A stretch of DNA of 64,000 bases, taken from Dimorphilus gyrociliatus. Taxonomy: Eukaryota; Animalia; Annelida. Below the pieces are notes generated by a model. The model made no database searches. It was given only the letters and a program-made list of their open reading frames with translations, and had not been told where the DNA came from. The translations under genes and the position numbers were made by a program. This document shows positions 27,579 through 40,202 of this stretch, one piece after another. The DNA lies in NCBI GenBank assembly GCA_904063045.1, contig CAJFCJ010000003.1:2280504-2344503 (forward strand). Reading direction: 5' to 3'. Numbering within the stretch: the stretch's first letter is position 1; each line of letters begins with the position of its first letter.

Positions 27579-29640
27579 TCAATATCCCATATCATTTTCA
27601 TCAAAATCAAAACTACCTTCGGGTTCTTTTACTTGAAAAGAATAGAAAAGAGATTTGCTATTTATCCAGCTGTATGTATTATCAAAACGAAGAGTGTCTG
27701 TAAAGGAAATTTAATATATTGATAATTAATTATTTGAACAAAACCAATATATAGGAGAAAATAATATATATCATTTCTCTTTATGTTTATAATTTCAACT
27801 TACAGAATCCTGGCAACTTGCAAGTATAGACGCCATCTTCAGGCACTAAGTGAGAGTTAACCCTCATAAATGCAATGAGTGATGTTTCTTTACGATTTCC
27901 TGTTTCTGTTTCTGGTCTGTCAGGTTTATAGAAAAGGCCATAACGAATATCTTTGCTGTCAGTTTGAAACGCCCAACTATTGATAATAAATATGTTCATG
28001 AAAATTTCAGATCCTTTATCTTGTCATCTGTTATAATACCTTAGAATGGAGCTGCGTTTTTCTACTTTTTTTGTAACCTCCATTATTTGTCCACGGGGTA
28101 TATTTACCTTAGTAAATGAAGAGGAATCGAAGCTCTAAATTTATCAGATAAAATAATGAAAAAGAGTAAAATTATAAAATATTAGAGCCATAGGATACCT
28201 ACGATAGAGTCCTTGAGGTAAAAGGATGTTGGAATGGATCCCCCAAGAGAAATTCTTGATCTGCAGTAAGGATCACCGTCTTGATCAGTTAGACTACCGC
28301 CCCAATTCTGGGGTAGAGCTTCTTCACCAATTTTATCGACGAGCTCCTCTTTCCAATCCTTACCCAGAATTTTAATTTTATTTTTGGTTCTATTTGTTAA
28401 TAAAGGCTTCACGGCATCAAATATTAAAGGAAATATCTTGGGAGCGTTTATTACGTAGCAAATATGTAAAGCTTCTGGATAGTTATCTTCTAAAATTGCC
28501 AAAATATGAAGAAGGATATCCATTCCAGGCGTGAATAGTAACTTAAGAGTGAAGTCTGATAAATCGTTAACAAGTATAATTTGATCTGGAGCATCCCTGC
28601 TTTGTATTTCCCTGAATAATTTCTCAGAGCGATAAATCTGATATTTAATCATATCCGACTTTTTAGCGCTTAATGTAAGACCTTTAATATCAATTTTTCC
28701 TGGCACATCAATCCATACAGCGTAACCATCCTTCGACCTAAAAAGAGGACAGAAATAAATAGAGAAATAAAAGTACACATATCTAAATAGTATGAGTTTT
28801 TATTTCAGCAGATAGCTGTAGGAGGGTAACGTAATGCCAGTTTCTGTCTTCCTCAGCCAACCCCTTTCTTAATATAAAAAGGCGTTTGATCTTAAATTTT
28901 AAAGGAACCGCGAAAGCTATTATGATAAAAAACAGTACAGTAAAAAAATAAAAACAAAGTGAGGATATAATTTATGTTGGCAAAAAATTTTCAAAAGTGT
29001 TCATATGTCAGTTCTGTCAGTATAATAAAAAAAAAAGGCCGTCTCTTGTTTTTTTTCATCATTCCTCTTTCTCTCAACATTTTGCTCGCAGTATGTCAAT
29101 CTTTCTTAAATATCAGTAAGCTTAGATCTTTACACCATGGAGTTTAAAAGAAATATTCCTACAGTTATATATATATTAGTATATGTGCAAATAGAAAGTT
29201 TGTTTGTACTATATATACTTTAGTATATGGAAATGAGAGGCTACTTTCAATGAGATGCTTTGGATTCATTTTCATTTAGCCAAAACGACAATATATAGAT
29301 TAACTCTTATAATTTAATATCTAAAGCATGTTTTGACATTATTATCAAGAATATTCATTCAAACTAACCATCCGGAAAATCCTCCAGGAACATAGGTCTT
29401 TAAAACCAACGGGACTTCCCATGAGAGAATATTTTCTATTTCCCATTTTCTCCTAAATCTCAAATGTTCCAAAATTCGATGTTCGGCCTTTTCGACATCT
29501 ATATTCCTGGCTATGAGGAATTTTTCCAGATGTCTATCTGAGAAAATGGAGTCATCTACATTAGCTATTCTTAAATCATTACGTAGCTGTTCAATTTTGG
29601 AACTTTCCACCTCAATAGAATTTAAATGTGAATTTTCCAT
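27579..29640 (-). CDS. SEC14-like lipid-binding protein (CRAL-TRIO + GOLD; SEC14L2/3/4-like)
   Basis: DRHLEKFLIARNIDVEKAE (CRAL-TRIO N), LEDNYPEALHICYVINAPKIFP, LPQNWGGSLTDQDGDPYC, and GOLD with NSHLVPEDG and FDNTYSWINSK. Confidence 0.92.
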
Positions 29641-30689
29641 CGTAATATGAGAATTAAGTTGCCTAATATGATATCAACATCTTGTATTAAATTGTCCTGC
29701 CGCGGATTTCCCCGGGCTTATAATGACGTAATATACGAGAATTCCCTATTTCCTCAGTTACTAGCCGTGACGTTTTACTGTTATTTCTTCTGCTAGCAAA
29801 AAGCTCAACCAAAACAAAGCAATACAGATCACATGATGATTAGCTGATATTGTTGAATCATTTCAAAGAGTCTCATTAAAATTTCATACTTGATTAGCAA
29901 TTAGAGAATAGATAGAATTACTTTAAAAGTTCAATTCAGGAATATTCTAATTATTTAAATGAACTTATTTTTTACAACAGTTATAAAATAATATTCATAT
30001 ATTTTATTAACTTTAAAGTACGTTTAGGGTATGCTAAAGGCACCATTAGTATAAAAATAGATAAAATGGACAATTTCTACAATTTATTCAGCAAATATTT
30101 ATATTCATATATAAGAATGAGGGCAAATATCAACAACAATACGTTAAAATATAAATAGCATTTGTTGACTTGGTCTCTCTGTGGTCTTTTAATTAGAAAA
30201 TTAACTAATTCTAAATTAACGAAATATATTTAATATACCAGTTTGCATTGAGAACAATTTAAAAAAAAATAAAATATTATATGTTGTATTGTTCTTTAAA
30301 AACTTAAATCATTTTATTTCTGTATCTATCAAAGGTCGAAACGATACTGAATAATCCGTTTAAGCAGTGTAGTGGTGGAGTTACGTAAGAAGAAGTACAT
30401 CTAAAAAAAAACGAAGATTCATTTTATTGTCTTACATCGTCTTACTATGTAAATATAATTTCAATTTATTTAATTAAAAAAGAAATTCAATGATTTAGCA
30501 TTTATTATACAGTCTTATTTATAAAATATGAACGGATTAAATACTATATTTAAATAGGTTAAAAATTATATTTATGACTAATTTGTTATTTAATTTTATA
30601 TGATTGATGTTTATCAAAACAAAAAAAAAGTGATAATCTTAATTAAATGCGCACCATGAATAAAATATTCCTTTCTTTAGTTATTAATA

Positions 30690-30692
<3 letters not shown>

Positions 30693-30720
<28 letters not shown>
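30693..30720. repeat. (AG)14 microsatellite
   Basis: Directly visible dinucleotide run. Confidence 0.95.
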
Positions 30721-31243
30721 GTGTACAGATTTTTTCTTTCTTTCTATTATTGTCTTATCCGAACTTAATACTCTTATTCCTATAAAAATATATATAAATA
30801 TATATTTACTGTATATATAAAAATAATTAGGCCTAGCGATTAATTTTGTTTTCCTTTTTATTGACAAAATAAAACAGTATGTATAAGACTACAGTATATA
30901 CAGTATAGTGTACAACGTATAAATATGTGTGTTCTATTTTAAAAATACAATAAATAACAAGTAAATCGAGAATGTAATATAGCAACGTAAAGAATATCTA
31001 AATACGTTTAAGGAAAGACCCCAAAAAAAAAAAATACTAATAAATTATAAACTGTTTGTCTAAGAAAAGTTAAATACTTAATATATGTTATTTGTTTGTA
31101 AAGTATACCAATAAATTAGAAACATAAATCTTTCGTTTTTTTTTTTCCTATTTTCTTTGTCTCTCATTTTTTTCTCTTTTCGTTTCTTTTTAACATTAAA
31201 CTTTCTAATTATTTAAAGTTTATCATTGTCAATAAAAGAAAAT

Positions 31244-31877
31244 ATGTCTCCAAAGAAATACCTACTTTTCACATTAATTGAGATATTTATTAGTAAGTAT
31301 ATCTGCTATAATCTAATACTATATTTAGTAAATGTTAATCTTTAGTAGAAAGTGCCTTATCTATACATTGCTACGAATGTGAATCGAGTGAAAATTCCAG
31401 GTGCGGATATGATGATACGTTTTCTATTCCACCTTCACCAGAAGAAAAAACCGTTAAGAATGGATGTAATTCTTGTACCATGTACGTTGTACCATTTTTA
31501 AGTGACACTTCTAACGGTTGGACTAAATTATTTTTTTATCGTCTTATTTTTCATAATTTTCAACTTCAATTTTTAAAATTTTCATCTCAGAAATTACTGT
31601 TCGGACAACCAGATTATGTTATAGGAATTTAACTTTGGGAGATGCTAGTGAAGAAAAATGCTTCAGAAGGAAGAGAGCTATATTCTGCTCGTGCAAGACT
31701 GACTATTGCAATAATATTGCTGTTATTAATAATCGTATCATAAAGAAATCTACATTTCTCTATTCCAAAAAAGCAACAACTCAATCAAGTTCTTCTTCCT
31801 CTTTGACTGAGATTAATTTTCTATCGTTTACAGTTACAATAATTGCAGTCAGAAATATTCTATTATCAAGAGAATAA
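31244..31877 (+). CDS. Ly6/uPAR three-finger protein (quiver/sleepless-like) with signal peptide and probable GPI signal; 3 exons
   Basis: Spliced product MSPKKYLLFTLIEIFIIVESALSIHCYEC...C...CNSC...C...C...CSCKTDYCN has 10 Cys ending in CN, then a Ser-rich spacer and hydrophobic C-terminus. Confidence 0.85.
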
Positions 31878-33320
31878 AGAATTATACTGTATTCCAACCG
31901 ATATGTTTTCCTTGAATCTTTCCTTCGTTAATCCAACACCAGTTTCTTATTACTGTATTATAGATGTTTATAAATATGTATCTGTTAAAATGCATAACAT
32001 ATAATATAATACTACACAAAAGCATAAATTGTTAAGTTTCTATTTATTTGCTTATTGTAGTATAACAGTAAAATTTTATCCAATTTCTATTTATTGTTAA
32101 ATATAAATTACCAATATTATATACTGTATATTATATCTGATTAAACGCTTGTATTAAATAAATGATCAAGTCAAATCAATTAAAATAGTTCCGTATTCGT
32201 AGTAAAGTTTATATATACTGTATTCTCTGCTAATTGACATAAATAAATATTTTTTATGATACTAAATATGATATAAAGAATATATTATTTGAATATTATG
32301 ACGAAATGAAGTAGTTTAAAGAGAAAATATTGAAAAACCAGATCATTCTGCAATAAATAAAAAAATACTGTAAAGAATTTATTTTATAACTGCATTTAGG
32401 ATACATCCTCTTTGATAAGAAGAAATAAAGGCATCCAATAAATGGATATATAAATACCATATAATTTTTGCTGTTATCCGAAGAAATTCATTAATAAATA
32501 GGGAATTTTCTTGTTGTATAGCATTTATAAATTAGAACATTGAGAATGTTTTTATACCTATTCCTCCTTTCCCAAAAAGATATATTCAATGTTAAATATT
32601 TCATTATTTCACTTTTAAAATGATAGAATTTAATCAATTAAAGTTAAAAAAAAAAAAGAAGAAATAGCGGGAAAAATATGAGAATGAAATGAATACTCTT
32701 TGTTAAAGAAAACACCAGTTTTCTTAGAACTATTGTAATTAGTCTATTGGAAAATTTATAAAAAAAATAGACCTTTCCTTAATCTTTTTATTCTCTCTCT
32801 TGGCGCTTTTCATTTCTTGCTCTCTTACACTTATACAATATATACCTATATATACAGTATATACTGTATATCTCTTTTACATCCTCACTCTCATTCCTCC
32901 TTTTCCATAGATTATAAACTACCATTAACATATAAAAATGGTAGTAGAAACTAATTAATAATCTCCTAAACGTTGATAGAGTAGGCGAACTTGTTGTTTT
33001 CTATTATACTTGAGAAATAATGAATAAGTTCTAGAGAGAAGAAATCTATTACCAGACTATATATGAATAAAAAGGAGTATATTGAAGAAAAAAGGGTCAG
33101 AGATAGATAGATAATCAGATAAATAGGCAGATAGATAAGCAAAGTAAGAGAGAAATTAAGTTCTAAAATTCAAAAGATAGCAAACAAAGTCAATTAAGTA
33201 GGATTTTTGATATCGTTTATACAATATAAACTCTCTAATATCATAAGCTAAAAACATCTATTTGAAACCAATTAGAGTTATTCAATTTAAATTTCATTAG
33301 CCAGTCTGAAAACGTCAAAG

Positions 33321-33348
33321 CTCTCTCTCTCTCTCTCTTTCTCTCTCT
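33321..33348. repeat. Imperfect (CT)n microsatellite
   Basis: Directly visible. Confidence 0.9.
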
Positions 33349-36300
33349 TTGAAGAAAATATCCAACTACAATTATACTATATGTAAAAGATCTACCTATA
33401 AGATCCTATCTTATATTATTTACGTAATTTTGAAATATTTGTCAAGTTTCTATAAATAATCCCAGTCTATCTAACTTTAATAGTAAATTCTATTGTAATA
33501 TGTGCTTTTAAGCAGGTTTCCCTTTTTAATTATGCGCCCTTTATTTATCTCACATCATATAGATAAATATATTCATATATATATATTAAAATATGAAAGT
33601 ATATCAAGACAAAGCATCAAATATTAATGTCTTTGTACACAACAGATATGAGATTGGGAAATGGATATAATAGAAATTTTGAGAGAAATTCTATTTTCTC
33701 GTCTGTTTCGTTTGATATTGGGGGTGATGGGATGGAAGCTTGAAAGAGCTGCTTAGAATTCTTTGAAAAGCAGTAATCCTATGATCCGAGCGTCTCTCCC
33801 GATGGGATAAATCTAGCTATATCATAGATGTTTAGAAAATATTCACTAAAGATATTTGACTGCATTTAAAGGAATATATAATTAATTAAAGACGGCAACA
33901 AATCAATTCCGCTTAATTCGTGACTAAACTATTATACTTATCATCGCTTAGCAATGGTCAAAATTAAATAAAACTCTTTTCGTAATTATCCCCTAGGTGG
34001 CGATAGATAAATCACGACTATTGAATAAAATTTCATCCATACTAAGTGTCGAATTCAGGGAGATTAATAAAGAAGCATCTCTTCCACTATAAATATTTTA
34101 ATAGTAGGTTAAGGAAGCACATTCGTTTGCATAATAGAGAGGTTTTATCAGGAAAATTAAGTGGTTTACTTGAATAATATAGAACCTATTATCGTAGTAT
34201 AATTGTGTATAAGGTAAAACAAGAATTCGTAGTTATTCAATACCGATAAATAGTATTGTTCTCCCTCTCGAGTGACTTTCTTGCTGCGTCTTTCTCAACA
34301 AAGAACCTTGACAGAGAAGCTAATTCTTTATTGGGGGAAGAGAGAAGGAGCTAAGAAGATTTTCTCTCTGTTTTTCTTACTCTTTACCAGATATAAGAGA
34401 AGGTCGAGATAACTATAATAATATTCTTTTTTTTATTAATAATTACACAATTCAAAGAAGTAATTAAGATTCTTAATTTTCTCAACGAAGATTTATAAAT
34501 GAGCTTGATGGTTTCGCAGAATCCTTATTTATTCTTCCTTCTACGCTTTGAAATGAAAAAAAATAGAGGAAGAATATCATTCAGATGAGTGAAACGGAAA
34601 TTTTTTCTCTCACAAAGGAACTTTGAACGGAAGTTGGGAGATTATCGTCTTTTTGAGGGAGGGCGATTAATGGAAAGAAAAGACCTCGTTTCCGCCCTTT
34701 ACGATATTCGTTAGACCTTGCTTAAATTAAATTCCATGCTATTAATCTTTGGGCAAGGCTACTCAATGCTATCAAGATGAAGTTGAATTCTTAAATTAAG
34801 AGCATCCGTTAATGCTTTTAAAGTATTAGAAACTCTCGTTCTGGTTATCCGTTTGAGTAATCCTAAAAAGCGACATCCCAGTGCGGCTATACACACCCTA
34901 CTCTTATCTATTTTGCTGTCTAATTGTAAAAATGCTTTAAATAGCTATTTATATTGTTACACACAGTTATTGATGTATAATAAGATAATATCGTCAAAAA
35001 CTTTTTTTAATAGCTACAGTACATCTATAGTATTGTATATATCGTATCTTGTTTAAGACTACCCAGGACAAGCATCGAGTGTCATGGAATACGAATGAAA
35101 GTGTTTGGTATCAATGGTATAATGATAGAAAAGTATCTTCACTCATGTTAATTTGACAATACAAGAAATCTTTAATGAAAACTATATCACAAGCTATAAA
35201 TTCTCAAATTTCATAAAAGCTCCTTAGTTACTTAATCTGAATTATTAAAACTACGAATTAACTGCGCTTCTTTTAATTCATAAAAAAATATGTCTCTTTT
35301 GTCGTAATATATTTTTCATTCTATTTCTTTGAGCTTAGCTCTTCTCACCAAACAAATTAGTCGTTTTAATAGCATATGAACTTCTTTTGAAGAAATTTAT
35401 TGGATGATATTCAGTTAATACCATATAGTTTATAATCATTAAATTAAAGAGAGCGAGTGTGGGAGAGGCCTACTTCAACCTTCAGTCAATTTATCATTAG
35501 ACAACTCCCACTTCCGAATACGCTTTTCGATAGTTTACCGTTGCAAAACTAATTCCGATTATTCAGCTTTGGTACTATATTAAAATTAGGCCTATGGTGG
35601 CCGATGCAAAATTCAGGGTTCGCGTACAACGCGTGCAATTTTATACTTTTTATGTCCCAAAAAAAGGATGTTATAGGGTTAACGTAAGCAAAGACTGGCA
35701 TTTCTTTTTCTTTATACTATTTTATCTCTCGCTCTTAATGACTTTTCCTTATTCTCCCTACTTCCCATTCCTTCTTTTCTAAGCTGCGTAAATAAAATAT
35801 TGGCAAAAGATCGTTGTGATAGGCCTACACTTTCGCGCCTTTCTCGGATTAATCTAATCTTATATACTGTACAATCCTTCAACGCGATTCTCTCTCTTAA
35901 TCTTTCGGCAAGGAGACTTCGTACAGAGTTCAACCGTAGTACGTTTCCATAGGCAACGGCGCTTAGGCGTAGCGGGAAAAAAATCGACTGAAAGCTAGAC
36001 GGAGGTCGACTTTGTACGTATCCCGATACCAAAAATCGATAAAGTTGGCTGTAAATTTGTTCGACTGGGGAATTTTTATATTCTTAATTTATCGGTTTCT
36101 AGAAATGGATCCAGCATCATGTAAAGAATGATCCCAGTTGGGTAACAACTCTTTGCAGAATCATCTTTGAAAGGTATCTTTGGGAGTAATAGCCCAAGTT
36201 GTTTAACAAAGGGTAAAGAGTATTCAGTATCACTCTGTTGCTAAAAATGAAGTTGAAATAGGAGAGGAATTTGATGAAAAAGATGCAAATTGAAATGGAA

Positions 36301-36835
36301 AGGATGAGAGAACGGAGTAGAAAAAAGATGATGATTCATATGTTAAAAATAAAATGAACTGGAACAATTTAACTTTTCAACCCAATTTAATTTTCTTTTT
36401 AATATTCCTCACGAACTTTGTATACATTGCGTTCTAAAGCGATATCTTCATCACGAAGTGTATTTTTGCACAGTAAAAATTGTAAAACAATTCTCTATGA
36501 GAATATTAGAAATACAAAAGATGCGGGAAATATAAGGGAAGGGCGGTGCAAAAAGGGGTAGGGGGTGGGATAGGAAAAGAAGATAGTGGGGGTATGAGGG
36601 GAAAAGCTGGGGTACAAGATTAGAAATACAGGGGGGAGATAGTTGGAATAACTGCCATTTGTTCCTTTGTTACCAACAATCCTAGCCCTCCTTTTACATT
36701 CATAAGAAGATATTCTACATAACAATAAAACACGCCGATAGTAAAAAATTTTCCCTCAATTTTTTTGTACTGGGATCAAACCGGATATGACCGCTTCTTT
36801 GCTTGAAATCATATACATTAGTTTAAAAGGACTTA

Positions 36836-36878
36836 AGATAGATAGACAGACAGACAGATAGACAGATAAATAGATAGA
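36836..36878. repeat. (GATA/GACA)n tetranucleotide repeat
   Basis: Directly visible; related GATA runs at ~33103-33137 and ~50277-50300. Confidence 0.9.
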
Positions 36879-37643
36879 AGCAAAGAAAAAAAGGAGAAAG
36901 AATAAGAGTGGGGAAAATAGTGGAAGTGTATTATCAAGCGATGCATTCTCTTTTATTTAGAGTGGAAATGATGATTCCTGAGCTGAACTTTCCCTACTAT
37001 GAAGTATGTGTTGTAAACCAAGCAATCACCTTCCACCTGACCGGATACGTTGTTTTCCTTGTTTTCAACCTATACTTCGCGCCAAATCACTACTTCTTTT
37101 GCCTATATGTGAAACATATACTCAAACACAAATCGTAGACAGACAAAAACATACGAAGACTCATGTACACATACACACATACACACACGTACGTATACAC
37201 ACATATATGCGTATGGACGAGATACGTACGCCATACATTTTCATAACAGTATTTGTTACATCTACCCGCGTAGATGTTCTATAGCAGAACTCCCATAAGA
37301 AAAAGAGTATTGTCAAGTTTTTACTGAATTGGCGAAGCGGAAGTAAAAGAAGGGAAAGTCTTGGAAAGGAAAGCGCTGAATTGAAAACAAACCAGAGGGT
37401 AAGAATAGGTTTGTTAAAAGAACGATATGATGATATTAACAAAGTAGGGGAATAAAATAAAGAGAAAAGTGGTTCGTAAGAAAATTCGGGCCGACCGTCT
37501 GACCTATTTTAGCGAAATGAGTCACACACAGGCTAAACAGAATACATCTGGAGAGAGTGGCGCCGCAGTCGAGTATTGATTCGGCCGGCTGCACCGCCTT
37601 TCCTACGGCAGGATCACCGGATTCTAAAACTAGACGATTCGCC

Positions 37644-40202
37644 ATGGAAACTTACCTAAGAAGTATCACCGACCGAATTAAACCGATTTTGGAACAGGCT
37701 ATGAAATTACAGGTTCATACCTTCTTACCCTACGACAGGATAGAAGCACTGCTGATCCTAACAGCCCCAGCCCTCAGGAAATCATTCACCATGCATATTC
37801 TTGATGAATATGGTGGAGGTGGAACATTATGTTCACCTGGCGCAGATAACGATATCCTTATCGAATCGCTCAAGACCAAGCTACCCGACGCCATCTTGCT
37901 GTTGGTTAAATCGAACTTTCCACAGAATGTCGATATACAATTGAACGCCCTTATCTATATTGGATTACCTGTAGTCGGTAAGATTATCATACATTTGGAT
38001 GAAAATTTGGACTGTACGGGACAACCTTTCATGGGAGAGTTGCCGAAGCCAATCGATGAATACAGGCCTAGATTTAGCAGGTACGTGCCCCCAGAGTCCT
38101 TAGCGAGGAGTATTGATGAAATTCTAGATGATGACGCTTCTTCGTCACTTCCCGAACCGATTTATCAGGTGGATTTTGGCCAAATAGATAAATCTAGCCC
38201 TAATAAAACGTCAAAATATTCCAAGTTTGTGTGCCTATCTTGCGATAAAGTTTACGAAGATGTCGATGAATACCGGGATCATGTACTCTATCATCTTAAA
38301 GATATCGAAAAAGTACTCGCTTCGACTTACGTTGAAACAGTTGATTGTTCAGGAGATACAAAGTTATATGTGTGTAAAATGTGTGATACAAGATTTGAGT
38401 CTTTGAAGACAGCTGGGGGCCATGTTCGACATCGCCATCTACCGAACGTCTCAACGCAATCTTCTTTAACTTGTCCACTTTGCTTAAATAAGTATAAATG
38501 TGTCTATGACTGTGTCTATCATATAAAGACAAGTCATTTAAAAGAAAAGAATTATGAATGCCGATTTTGCCAGAGGAAATTCGCTCAAAAATGCAACATG
38601 ACTAAACATATAAAAGATTCTCATGAACAAGAATTGGCCCTACCTCTTCCTCATACAGGTTTACCATCTTCATCTTCGTCATCTTCATCATCTTCACATA
38701 GGCCAACAAAGAGTGTAAAGCCTATACCAGTAAGTCCTAAAAAGGATAAGCTTGAAAGGCTTATTGTTAAGATAAAGAAATCTTCTCTTGGTCACCACAA
38801 AACAGAATCACCTCATACAAATTCTGGTCATCATGAAGAACGTCAAAAGTATGCTCATGGTAAGATGCAATGCTTAGGATGTAGTATAAAGTTTGACAAT
38901 CAGGAAGAATTTAATAAGCATATAAAGATTCATTTAGCAAAATTAGAAGCTTATGTTCCATCAACGTATGCTAAAATTCTGAAAGGAACAACAGGTCATA
39001 AATTTGAGTGTACGTTCTGTAAAAATAGATTTCCATCTATCAAATCTGTTTGCCTACATATTGCAAAGAATCATTTAGATATGAATGAAATTAAAGAGAA
39101 CAGAGAATGTTTAATATGCGGTTTAAAGGGTCGGGCAACATATGATGTTGTTAAGCACATGGAGGGTGTTCATCTTAAAGAAAAGCATACATGCGCAATT
39201 TGCAGTAAAATGTTCTCAAGAAAAGCAACTTGGGTTAAGCATTTAAAAGAAGTACACTCTGCTAAAGAGCCCGATAGTGAGGATGACACTCTAACAATCG
39301 CTGTTGATTCACCATTAGTAGTAGCTAGTCCGAGTAAGCCCGTAAAAGAAGAAGTTGAAAATGGTGTTGACGGAGAAGAAGAGAATGGTGAACTTCCAGA
39401 TCCAACTTTAGAGTGTCGTAAATGCGCAATGGCCTTTTCTGATTCAGAAACATTTAAAGATCATGTCCGAGAAGTTCATTTAGACGATTTGGAACGTTCT
39501 CAACCAGATAATTATGTTGTAAAGGTTTCAAATGATTATTTCGAAGGTTATCAGTGCGATATTTGCAAAGAGAATTTTAAAACTTACGAAGCGGCTACAC
39601 TTCATGCTACTAGACGTCATTACTTGGCTAAAGAGGAACAACAGTGTCCCGTTTGTTCAAAGACCTTCCAATCTGTTTCAGCGGTGCTAAGTCATTTAAG
39701 GGGGGCTCATCTAGCGGAAAACCAATTTCAATGCGAGGCCTGTCATAGAATTTTTGCTAAAGAGGAAACTCTTAAAAATCATACTTGCCAAAATGCTGCG
39801 AACAAAGCAAACATTCGACTCTCTGCTCCTACTAATGATAATAAATGTTTACAATGTGACAAAATATTCTCCAATAAGTGGAATTTAACAAGACATATGG
39901 CGGAAATTCATCAGAAGATTAAAAGATTCTCTTGTAAGATGTGTCCAAGAACATTTTCTAGGAGTTGCGATGGAATAAAACATATGCAACAGATGCATCT
40001 TATCGATATGTATAAATCACCGGAAAAAGGGGAAAAGTGTGATGTTTGTAGGCAGGAATTTTCTGATAAAATACGACTATCTGCCCATAAAAGATCCAAA
40101 CATACTCCAAAGAGGTTCAGATGTGACGTTTGCGGTAAAAAGTTCATGTTCCCTTCGGAACAATATGTTCATACGAATATGAAACACACATGGGCTTTGT
40201 AG
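37644..40202 (+). CDS. Intronless multi-C2H2 zinc finger protein (~852 aa, about 16 fingers) with a duplicated unannotated N-terminal domain
   Basis: Single 2.56 kb ORF; first ATG (gccATGg) at 37644. It has repeated CxxC-x12-H-x3/4-H motifs in four groups of four and no TGEKP linkers. Confidence 0.92.
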   Translation: METYLRSITDRIKPILEQAMKLQVHTFLPYDRIEALLILTAPALRKSFTMHILDEYGGGGTLCSPGADNDILIESLKTKLPDAILLLVKSNFPQNVDIQLNALIYIGLPVVGKIIIHLDENLDCTGQPFMGELPKPIDEYRPRFSRYVPPESLARSIDEILDDDASSSLPEPIYQVDFGQIDKSSPNKTSKYSKFVCLSCDKVYEDVDEYRDHVLYHLKDIEKVLASTYVETVDCSGDTKLYVCKMCDTRFESLKTAGGHVRHRHLPNVSTQSSLTCPLCLNKYKCVYDCVYHIKTSHLKEKNYECRFCQRKFAQKCNMTKHIKDSHEQELALPLPHTGLPSSSSSSSSSSHRPTKSVKPIPVSPKKDKLERLIVKIKKSSLGHHKTESPHTNSGHHEERQKYAHGKMQCLGCSIKFDNQEEFNKHIKIHLAKLEAYVPSTYAKILKGTTGHKFECTFCKNRFPSIKSVCLHIAKNHLDMNEIKENRECLICGLKGRATYDVVKHMEGVHLKEKHTCAICSKMFSRKATWVKHLKEVHSAKEPDSEDDTLTIAVDSPLVVASPSKPVKEEVENGVDGEEENGELPDPTLECRKCAMAFSDSETFKDHVREVHLDDLERSQPDNYVVKVSNDYFEGYQCDICKENFKTYEAATLHATRRHYLAKEEQQCPVCSKTFQSVSAVLSHLRGAHLAENQFQCEACHRIFAKEETLKNHTCQNAANKANIRLSAPTNDNKCLQCDKIFSNKWNLTRHMAEIHQKIKRFSCKMCPRTFSRSCDGIKHMQQMHLIDMYKSPEKGEKCDVCRQEFSDKIRLSAHKRSKHTPKRFRCDVCGKKFMFPSEQYVHTNMKHTWAL

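Noticed and set aside
29005-29065. Box C (ATGATGA) and two CTGA boxes in the SEC14L intron
   Set aside because: No terminal stem, and the would-be guide is a poly-U/A tract.
35594-37442. Several 60-106 aa ORFs in the gene-poor interval
   Set aside because: Low-complexity or repeat-derived translations without motifs or consistent splice structure.
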